From: Christensenellales bacterium
Lineage (GTDB): Bacteria > Bacillota > Clostridia > Christensenellales > UBA1431
Assembly (NCBI GenBank): GCA_040772545.1
Contig: JAXGXY010000004.1
Coordinates: forward strand, 25,613-89,612
Length of the DNA: 64,000 nucleotides
Direction: 5' to 3'
A program made the position numbers and the translations under genes. This document shows, one piece after another, positions 56,792-64,000 of this stretch; within the stretch, counting starts at the first letter, position 1; each line of letters begins with the position of its first letter. Below the pieces are notes generated by a model that worked only from the letters and a program-made list of their open reading frames with translations, was not told where the DNA came from and did no database searches.

Positions 56792-58162
56792 TTGGGAGGC
56801 GTTGGTACATTGCAGATATTCAAGAAAATGCTCATGTTACATACGAAAGGAGGCAAAATCGCCGGATGGTGCGGCCTGAACGACGGTCCCAACGGGGTCG
56901 CGGTCCTTGTTGAAGTGCACGGGGCGCCACAGGGACGGCTGGAGGCGGTCCTTTTCACGAAAACCGGCGAACACGCGCTCGGAACGATGGAAGCGGCCGG
57001 CCGAAGCGCCAAGGGGAACTGGCGATACACCGGGAAGACCGGGGAAATCGAGGGGATCAGGATCGCGGATCCGGCCGCGCAGTATGTGGCTAGGGGCGGC
57101 ATGGCACCGGCACGTGCGAGGCCGGCCGCAAAGGCGGATGAGGGCGCCCCGAAGGAACCAAAGGCCGTCCCGATCCCCGTCGTGCCCGAACCCGCCGAGA
57201 AGCGGTTAGTGACCAAAACCGAAACAACGCCGGCGCGTGAAGTCATCGCCCGCGAAGCCCGGGCCCCCTCGCCGGAAGACCGGGCGCCCGTGCCGCCTGC
57301 GGCAGCCGCTTTGCCGGAACCGATCGCCCTGCCGGAAACGGCCCCGGCCGAAGCGGCGCTGCCCCCGGCCTCGACAGTACCGTCCGAAGCGGCACTGCCG
57401 TCCGCCGCGCCGGAGCCGCTGGCGGTATACGATGAAAACAACGTCGATAGCGCTTTTTTGGCGCGGACCGAAATGCGGCTGTATGACGGAGGCCGCGGAA
57501 GCGGACGGCAGTCGCGCCCCGCGGAAAAAACGTCCCCGTCCGCGGCCGTAACTGGCGGAAAAACGAATGCGCGCGGGACCGAAAGCGCTAAGCGGCCGCC
57601 CCGGGCCGCCAACGCCGCAGCCCCGTCCTGGACAGACGCGCCGCTCCCCCTGATGGAAATTCCTGATGGACTTGAAGCGGAGCCGGAAGCGGCGGCCGCT
57701 CACGAAACGGACGGGGAAGCGGGGGAAAGGGACGCGCGCATAAAAACGCTGCTCGAGAGCGCTATGGAGCCCGCCGGGGAAGAGGCGCCGCCTGAGTTGC
57801 CCAACGATAAGGAAGCGCCGGAACCGAAAAAAAAGGCCCCCGACCTTATCGAGGTGCTTTCGTTATCGGACGTTCCCCGTTCCGGTGCGGAAGAAAGCGC
57901 GCTGGGCGAGGGCAGCGGCAAAGAGGGCGTGCTGGGCAAAGGCGCATGGTGGCGCGTGGAGCAGCCGGGGGTCGACGGCTGGCATTATCTGGCCGGCGAG
58001 CTGACGGCCAAGAACGGGGCCCGCGTGCGCGCGATCGCGCTCGAGGCGGAATGCGACCGGCTTCCGGAACATCTCAGGGGCTGGGCGCAGAAGGTCGACG
58101 ATTATTTCGTGGTCCTCATCGACGCGAAAACGGGCGCGGTCCTGCCTGACGACGCGTGCTAA
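56792..58162 (+). CDS. Hypothetical bipartite protein with a long Pro/Ala/Glu-rich linker
   Basis: GC-rich third codon positions persist throughout, unlike the antisense 56737..57612 shadow. The N-terminal ~110 aa and C-terminal ~90 aa look globular. The start is uncertain (TTG 56792, ATG 56828/56834). Confidence 0.6.
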   Translation: MGGVGTLQIFKKMLMLHTKGGKIAGWCGLNDGPNGVAVLVEVHGAPQGRLEAVLFTKTGEHALGTMEAAGRSAKGNWRYTGKTGEIEGIRIADPAAQYVARGGMAPARARPAAKADEGAPKEPKAVPIPVVPEPAEKRLVTKTETTPAREVIAREARAPSPEDRAPVPPAAAALPEPIALPETAPAEAALPPASTVPSEAALPSAAPEPLAVYDENNVDSAFLARTEMRLYDGGRGSGRQSRPAEKTSPSAAVTGGKTNARGTESAKRPPRAANAAAPSWTDAPLPLMEIPDGLEAEPEAAAAHETDGEAGERDARIKTLLESAMEPAGEEAPPELPNDKEAPEPKKKAPDLIEVLSLSDVPRSGAEESALGEGSGKEGVLGKGAWWRVEQPGVDGWHYLAGELTAKNGARVRAIALEAECDRLPEHLRGWAQKVDDYFVVLIDAKTGAVLPDDAC

Positions 58163-60864
58163 CGCGAAAGGCCGGCGCGGGGCGTGAGGGGGGTGCCCGT
58201 TCCCCGGTCGAAGCAGGCTTCCAGTATGGCGCGGCCCACGGGCGCGGCGTACGTTCCCTGCCCGCCCTGCGCGATGACGACGGCTACGGCGATCTGCGGG
58301 TCGTCGGCGGGTGCGTAGCCGACGAACCAAGCGCAGGCGTCCTTGCCGCTCATCTGGGCGCTGCCGGTCTTTCCCGCAACCGACAGAGCACAATTCCTGA
58401 ATGCCGAGGAGGCGGTGCCATAAGACACCGCTTTTTCCATGCCCGCGCGTATCGTTGCCAGCACGGACTGCCGCACGCCGAGGGAACCGGTGTTAGCGGG
58501 GGCCGGCGCCGCCGGCATGTCGCCGGCCGTGCCCGCGAAGAGCCGCGGGACGACGCGTGTGCCGCCGTTGGCGATCTGGGCCGTGTAGGACGCCATCTGT
58601 ATCAGGGTCGTCGTGTGTCCGCCCTGGCCGATGGCCGAGCTCAATACGTTGGCCGGCCGGTAGCGGTATGCCTGAATAAGGTCGTTCAGCCCGCGCTGCA
58701 ACGTTTTGTCGGTTACGTTCAAAGCTTTGAGCTTTTTTACGACCTGGGTAAAAGACGTATATCCGGCCATTTCCCTGGAAGCGCGGCGAAGCGAAGCGTC
58801 GTCCAGCATGGGGAGCGCGCTCTTTAGGCGGCTGTAGATCCTCTTTTCCAGGCTGGCAACGTAGTAGCCGGCGGAGTCCACGCTGCCCGCGGCTTCGCTG
58901 GGCAGGTCGATGCCGGTCTTTTGCCCCATGCCGTATTTGCGCGCGTATTTTTCTATGGCGTCCGCGCCCAGCCGGTCGCCGAGCGCGTAGAAGTAATAGT
59001 TGCAAGAGACGGCAAGCGCTTCTTCCATGTCCACTTTTCCGTGCGTCCCTCCTCCGCTCGTGTAAAGCCAACAGGCCGGCGCGTTTACTTGCGAGTATTT
59101 CGTGTAGCGCCCCTGGTCTTCGATTTGTTCGCCAGCTTTTATGGCGCCTTCCGCGAGCCCGGCCGTCGCCACCACCATCTTGAAGGTAGAGCCGGGCGGG
59201 AGGGCGGTGCTCACGGCGTTGTTTACGAGCGGCCGGGAAAGGGTCGGGTCGGTGGACTCAAAAAGGGTGCCGTCCTCGAAATAGCGCGGGGAAAGGGCTT
59301 CCCATGCGGCGCGGCTGATCGTCCCCGCCGCGAAAAGGTTCGGGTCGTAATTGGGCAGGCTGGCCATGCATATGACTTCCCCGGTATGGACGTTTATCGC
59401 CACGGCGGCGCCGACGTTTGCCCATCTGTACGCCTGCCCCAGCCGCCCGCTCTGTATGTCCTTCATCGTCTGCGCGAGCGATTCCTCGGCGACGCGCTGC
59501 ACGTCCGAATCGATAGTGAGGATGATGTCCTGTCCGGCCTCCCCGTAGGACAACCGCCGTTCGTTGACCGGCCGTCCCCATGCGTCCACATCCACGCAGA
59601 TGACGGACGGCACGCCACGCAGGAACGCTTCGTACTGTTTTTCGAGGCCGTCGCGGCCGACGAGATCGGCGTTGAGGTCGTATCCCAGGGCTTTGTAGGC
59701 TTCAGCATGTTCCGCGGTAATGCGTCCGATATGGCCGAGGACCGGCGAAAGGAGGGTGCCTTGGGGATACTCGCGCACCCAACCCTGTTCGATCCGGATG
59801 CCGGGCAGGCCTTCTTTGAACCGCTCCACGGCCGCTATGGCCGTATCGGAAACGTCGGTCGCCAGCGTTATCGAATGGTTGGCCGGCGTGCCGAGGCGGG
59901 ACGCTTCGAGACGCACGGCGGCCACCGCCAGCGCGCCCCGGGTGCCTGTGTTTTCCGGTATGCCGTAGCGTTTAACCAGCGCCGCGAGGCAGTCCCTGGC
60001 CGTGGCCGCCGCGTGCAGGCCCAAGTCGTTTCGGAGCCGTTTGATCTCCGGCGTTTCCCAGGCCGCCTTGCCCGTTAAGGCGTCCCAGACCATGGGGAGA
60101 CAGGCACTGCCCGGACCGCAGGCGACGGGATGTTTTTTTTCGATCATGTTATAAAGCCCGAGCGCGTCCCGGGCGTCCAGGGTTTCCGCCGTATCGGGGT
60201 TGAGGACGATGTCGTAGTTCCCGGGAAGATCGCCGGGTTCGAGCCGGAGACGGGAAAACTGCCTGCTGCCCGCCTGGAGCGAACGGACGTCGTCGGCGGT
60301 CGCCTCGTTGACGAGCACGGTCTTCGGGTCGCGCGCCGCAAGCAGCACGGCGGCCGCCGACAGCGCCTCCTGCGGCGTGAAGGAAGCGGGGACGTCCAGC
60401 TTCTTGCGCAGGATCCCCAACGCGTCCGACGCGCTTTGGCCGGGCGATATCCCCAGCGCGGTCTGAAAGTCGCTGAGTTCCTGCGTATCAAAGGCCACGT
60501 CCTGGCCGTCGCTTGCCGCAGGTGCCAGCGGCAGCGTGCACGAGAGCGTTTCGCCCGCGGAAACGAGCAGCGTGCAGGCGTCGAGGATGGTCCCGTTCAG
60601 GTTTTCCCGCGGCAATTCGGACGGATGGAGGCGGATCTCGGGAACGCCGGCGCTTCGTGCGAGCACCCGCCCGTAACGGTCCAGTATGTTCCCGCGGGGG
60701 GCGGCGTTATAAACGAGGCGGCCGGATTGGGAAAGCGCGATCTCCGTGAGTTCGGCGCCTTCCACGCACTGAAGGTGGAAAAGACGCAGCGAAAGGATTC
60801 CGAACAGGACCGCGCAGATCATGAATTGCAGGCGTTTGCGTCGCCAGTTTTTTCTCCGTGGCAT
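58159..60864 (-). CDS. Class B penicillin-binding protein (PBP2/SpoVD-like transpeptidase) with an enlarged N-terminal module
   Basis: TM anchor, RGNILDRYGRVLA, REYPQG..LGHIG, the SxxK motif STFK, the SxN motif SCN, and KTGSAQ. GGAGGG RBS lies before the ATG at 60864. The track start at 61098 is an extension. Confidence 0.88.
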   Translation of the reverse strand: MPRRKNWRRKRLQFMICAVLFGILSLRLFHLQCVEGAELTEIALSQSGRLVYNAAPRGNILDRYGRVLARSAGVPEIRLHPSELPRENLNGTILDACTLLVSAGETLSCTLPLAPAASDGQDVAFDTQELSDFQTALGISPGQSASDALGILRKKLDVPASFTPQEALSAAAVLLAARDPKTVLVNEATADDVRSLQAGSRQFSRLRLEPGDLPGNYDIVLNPDTAETLDARDALGLYNMIEKKHPVACGPGSACLPMVWDALTGKAAWETPEIKRLRNDLGLHAAATARDCLAALVKRYGIPENTGTRGALAVAAVRLEASRLGTPANHSITLATDVSDTAIAAVERFKEGLPGIRIEQGWVREYPQGTLLSPVLGHIGRITAEHAEAYKALGYDLNADLVGRDGLEKQYEAFLRGVPSVICVDVDAWGRPVNERRLSYGEAGQDIILTIDSDVQRVAEESLAQTMKDIQSGRLGQAYRWANVGAAVAINVHTGEVICMASLPNYDPNLFAAGTISRAAWEALSPRYFEDGTLFESTDPTLSRPLVNNAVSTALPPGSTFKMVVATAGLAEGAIKAGEQIEDQGRYTKYSQVNAPACWLYTSGGGTHGKVDMEEALAVSCNYYFYALGDRLGADAIEKYARKYGMGQKTGIDLPSEAAGSVDSAGYYVASLEKRIYSRLKSALPMLDDASLRRASREMAGYTSFTQVVKKLKALNVTDKTLQRGLNDLIQAYRYRPANVLSSAIGQGGHTTTLIQMASYTAQIANGGTRVVPRLFAGTAGDMPAAPAPANTGSLGVRQSVLATIRAGMEKAVSYGTASSAFRNCALSVAGKTGSAQMSGKDACAWFVGYAPADDPQIAVAVVIAQGGQGTYAAPVGRAILEACFDRGTGTPLTPRAGLSR

Positions 60865-61115
60865 CCCTGTCCCTCCGTGAGCGCAGTTTGTCTTCAGTAT
60901 TCCCCGTATCGTATGAATATAAGCGGGTTGGCCGAAGACAAAGCGCAGTGTTTTGGCTGTTTTTTGACGCGCGCCACGGAAGCTTACAGTCATCGAAATG
61001 GCCGGTTTTAAGGAGGATGAAGGCGGTATCCCGTACCCTTTTACGGGGAAATAAAGACAAATTTGCGAAAGTTTGTCGCCGTTCCAATTTTTATGCACTC
61101 ATTCATAAATGCGAA

Positions 61116-61122
61116 TGTCGAA
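61116..61122 (+). promoter_or_regulatory. Consensus Spo0A box (TGTCGAA) upstream of spo0A
   Basis: An exact 7-mer in aatGCGAATGTCGAAtc, ~310 nt upstream of the spo0A start in an AT-rich intergenic region. Spo0A autoregulation through 0A boxes is known in Bacillus. Confidence 0.4.
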
Positions 61123-61433
61123 TCACGCGATATTTCAAATAAATTGAAGAAACGGCGATTCCGCACAGCAAAATCGTCAAGGATTGGGTGAAATCAATAG
61201 AAAATGGGAAGTAGTGGCATCAAATGTGATAATGTATCAATATTTTTTGCCATTAACGCAGGTTTTGACATTGGAAAAGTTACCCGTTATTTCATAAAAT
61301 ATAAACAGCCAGCAAGGTATATTTTTCAAAAGGTCATACGACGTAATGTGATAAATAAACTTCGATATAATGGTAGCTTTTGGGTCCGGAGCGGCACTAA
61401 AGGGGAAGAGCATTATATTTGGGGGGTTGTATC

Positions 61434-62219
61434 ATGGGAAACAGGGTGAAAGTACTCATCGCAGACGACAATTCTCATCAGCTGGCGCAGTGCATGACCT
61501 ACCTCAAGGAGCAACAAGATGTAGAAGTCGTGGGCGTGGCTTCCGACGGGGTTGCCGCGTGGGATGCGTTGGAGAACAATGCCGTAGATGTGTTGATAAT
61601 GGACCTGATCTTACCTAAGCTGGACGGGTTTGGCGTGCTGGAAAGGCTGATTACCAGGACGGACATGCCCAAACCCGACGTCATGGTCCTCTCCGCCTTG
61701 TCGCAGGAGAGCGTTATTCGCCGCGCGTGCGAAATGGGCGTAAAATACTATATGATTAAGCCGTTTGACATCGAAACGCTCTATCACCGGATCATAGACC
61801 TGCACAACGGGCAGACGCCCATTCGAAAGCCCCAGGTCATGGCAGAGCCCAGCCTGCGGTCGAAGCCTTGTTCCAGGGACGAGAAGATTACCGGCGTGTT
61901 CCTTACCATTGGCATCCCCGCCCACATCAAGGGCTACCACTACCTGCGCGAAGCCGTGAAGGCGGTGATGGACGACGGAGACATTATCAACCGGATCACG
62001 AAAGAGCTGTATCCGACGGTGGCAAAACGGTTCAGCGCGACGCCGAGCAAGGTCGAGCGCGCGATACGCCATGCGATAGAGGTGGCCTGGGCCCGAGGGC
62101 GTATCGAGAACATCAACGGAATTTTCGGATATAATATCTATAACAAACACGACAAACCGACCAACGGAGAATTCATCGCGTTGATCGCGGACAAGCTTAA
62201 ACTGGAGATGACGGCTTGA
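61434..62219 (+). CDS. spo0A: Sporulation master regulator Spo0A
   Basis: Receiver domain (KVLIADDN..DVLIMDLILPKLDG) plus the diagnostic Spo0A C-terminal region (GIPAHIKGYHYLREAV...ITKELYPTVAKRF.TPSKVERAIRHAIEVAW). Confidence 0.97.
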   Translation: MGNRVKVLIADDNSHQLAQCMTYLKEQQDVEVVGVASDGVAAWDALENNAVDVLIMDLILPKLDGFGVLERLITRTDMPKPDVMVLSALSQESVIRRACEMGVKYYMIKPFDIETLYHRIIDLHNGQTPIRKPQVMAEPSLRSKPCSRDEKITGVFLTIGIPAHIKGYHYLREAVKAVMDDGDIINRITKELYPTVAKRFSATPSKVERAIRHAIEVAWARGRIENINGIFGYNIYNKHDKPTNGEFIALIADKLKLEMTA

Positions 62220-62263
62220 ATTGGCAAAAACCGGGTCGCACCATCGTATGCTTCGGGCACGTT

Positions 62264-62425
62264 AGGCCGTCGACAAACCCTTCGGGATTTGTCGACGGTT
62301 TTCTGTGCGGTTAAAATGCCGCTATTAGGCGGCATTTTAACCGCCAATCTGATGCACATGTCGTCAGATTGGATTGAAAGCGGGGGATTGCATCCCCCAC
62401 ACCCCCCTGCTAGTAGGCTTTTTTG
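62264..62425. repeat. Type II hairpin-cassette element (four consecutive perfect hairpins); the first hairpin doubles as the spo0A terminator
   Basis: Stems at 62267-62277/62288-62298 (11 bp, then TTTT), 62307-62322/62329-62344 (16 bp), 62346-62352/62364-62370 (7 bp) and 62382-62388/62392-62398 (7 bp). The reverse complement aligns with 15299-15361 and ~15510-15586. Confidence 0.85.
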
Positions 62426-62433
62426 ACAAGCTG

Positions 62434-62462
62434 GGCGGCCGTCATTATAACGGCCGCCTTTT
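62434..62462 (+). terminator. Additional plus-strand terminator hairpin
   Basis: GGCGGCCGT-cattata-ACGGCCGCC followed by TTTT. Confidence 0.55.
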
Positions 62463-62480
62463 CGTATTCTCGTATTCCGT

Positions 62481-63866
62481 TTATTCCTGGATGCCGGGGA
62501 GGCTGGGGATCGTAGCGAAGCCCTGTTCGAGTTCCTCGTCGCTGGGCGCGAAATCGTCCATGCTGCCTTCGTGGTACTGCATGTACGCGCCGATGTCGAA
62601 GGTTCCGTTTCCGGTCAGCCCGAACATGATCGTCTTAGCTTCGCCCCGTTCCTTGCACTCGAGCGCCACGTCGATCGCTGTGCGTATCGCGTGCGCGGAC
62701 TCGGGGGCCGGCAAAATCGCCTCGTGCTTGGCGAACAGCGTTGCCGCCTCGAACACTTCGCGCTGGTAGACGGCGCGCGCTTCGTCGAGGAAGCCGTCGT
62801 TGTACAGCTTGCAAAGCATAGGGGACATGCCGTGGTACCTGAGGCCGCCCGCGTGGATGCTGGCGGGGGTAAAGCTGTTGCCCAGCGTGAACATTTTGGC
62901 AAGCGGCGTCACGTGGCCGACATCGCAGAAATCGTAGGCGAATCTGCCGCGCGTGAACGTCGGGCACGCCGCGGGCTCGACCGCGATGAAGTACGGGTTG
63001 CCCTTGCCGGTCAGCCGGTCCTGCATATAGCCCGCGATCAGGCCGCCGAGGTTGGAGCCGCCGCCCGCACAGCCGATGACGTAATCCGGATACTCATCCA
63101 CCATATCCAGCTGTTTCTTGGCTTCCAGTCCGATGATGGACTGGTGCAGCAGCACGTGGTTCAATACCGAGCCCAGGCCGTAGCGGGTGTTGGGGGTGCT
63201 GGTGGCCGTCTCGACGGCCTCGCTGATGGCCGTCCCCAGGCTGCCCGAATTCTCGGGATCGGCATTCAGCACCGCGCGGCCGCTGTCGGTGAGGTCGCTC
63301 GGGCTCGCGTACACGGTCGCGCCGTAGGTTTCCATAACGCCTTTCCGGTACGGCTTCTGCATGAAACTGCACTTGACCATGAAAACCGTCAGGTCCATAT
63401 CGAAATAGGCGCACGCCATCGCAAGGGCGGTGCCCCACTGGCCGGCGCCCGTTTCGGTGGTCATACGGTTGATGCCCTGCGCCTTGTTGTAGTAAGCCTG
63501 CGCGACGGCGGTGTTGAGCTTATGGCTTCCCGAAGTGTTGTTTCCCTCGTATTTGTAGTAGATGCGCGCCGGCGTGTCCAGCGCTTTTTCGAGGCTGTAG
63601 GCGCGTACCATCGGGGAAGGCCTGTACATCTTGAAATAATCGAGGACAGGGCCCGGGATATCGATGTAGCGCTCCAGGGTCCCTTCCTGCATGCAAAGCG
63701 CTTCTGCAAATATAGGCGTCAGGTCGTCGGGGCCGACGGGCTGCAGGGTGCCGGGGTGCAGATACGGGTCGTGGTCCTCCGGCATATCGGCCCGGATGTT
63801 GTACCACTGCGTCGGGATCTGGTCTTCCGTTAATACGATGCGGTTGGGAATCTTGGTTGATGCCAT
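62481..63866 (-). CDS. TrpB2-type tryptophan synthase beta-like PLP enzyme
   Basis: The N-terminal extension (PTQWYNIRADMPE) and YKYEGNNTSGSHKLNTA (PLP-Lys) are typical of TrpB2. No trpA or other trp genes are adjacent. GAGGAG RBS lies before the ATG at 63866. Confidence 0.85.
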   Translation of the reverse strand: MASTKIPNRIVLTEDQIPTQWYNIRADMPEDHDPYLHPGTLQPVGPDDLTPIFAEALCMQEGTLERYIDIPGPVLDYFKMYRPSPMVRAYSLEKALDTPARIYYKYEGNNTSGSHKLNTAVAQAYYNKAQGINRMTTETGAGQWGTALAMACAYFDMDLTVFMVKCSFMQKPYRKGVMETYGATVYASPSDLTDSGRAVLNADPENSGSLGTAISEAVETATSTPNTRYGLGSVLNHVLLHQSIIGLEAKKQLDMVDEYPDYVIGCAGGGSNLGGLIAGYMQDRLTGKGNPYFIAVEPAACPTFTRGRFAYDFCDVGHVTPLAKMFTLGNSFTPASIHAGGLRYHGMSPMLCKLYNDGFLDEARAVYQREVFEAATLFAKHEAILPAPESAHAIRTAIDVALECKERGEAKTIMFGLTGNGTFDIGAYMQYHEGSMDDFAPSDEELEQGFATIPSLPGIQE

Positions 63867-64000
63867 GACAAAAACTCCTCTCATCTCTTCAAATCTCGTC
63901 GTTTCTCACGATGCAGGCGATTTTCTGCACCTAATATAGCATATGAAAAAAAGGCGGCGATGTCAACCTGTATATTCAAACCAAAGAAGTATCCGTCCGA

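Overview
This is a visibly GC-rich chromosomal segment from an endospore-forming Firmicute that looks Clostridia-like. Evidence for that placement: Spo0A, SpmA/SpmB, a SpoIID-domain protein and a RicT/YaaT homolog are all present. Gene content is almost entirely housekeeping and is syntenic in blocks with the Bacillus origin-proximal region. The blocks are a ParB paralog-soj-parB, yaaO-like decarboxylase-tmk-holB-yaaT, yabB/yabC-like trmN6/rsmI, and metG-tatD-(radical SAM)-yabE-like-ksgA. Other genes include addB/addA, a membrane pyrophosphatase, dapF, a CCA-type nucleotidyltransferase, a short AlaRS, pepV, radC, dnaD-like/dnaC-like loaders, a small glycan cluster, an M6 lipoprotein protease, a large SpoIID+SH3b wall protein, a PBP2/SpoVD-like transpeptidase, spo0A and a TrpB2-type enzyme. 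The glycan cluster comprises a methyltransferase, a 1086-aa kinase-like/GT2 protein, DUF3048 and a priming sugar transferase. Many operons are translationally coupled through ATGA/GTGA overlaps. I saw no tRNA, rRNA, CRISPR array, transposase, integrase or recognisable defence island. The many long antisense or out-of-frame ORFs in the track are GC-driven shadows. The most unusual content is non-coding. Two families of modular, hairpin-rich extragenic repeats occupy at least six intergenic loci. One locus is a 1.1-kb nested tandem array, and another shows one family nested inside the other. Three loci are bracketed by direct duplications of a locus-specific palindrome, one of which is a consensus parS site. 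I do not recognise these elements as a described family, and no mobilising enzyme is encoded in the window. Secondary leads are a C-Ala-less AlaRS, an unexplained ~0.7 kb region and long leader upstream of hppA, a bipartite orphan protein beside the PBP, and the TatD-coupled radical SAM gene.
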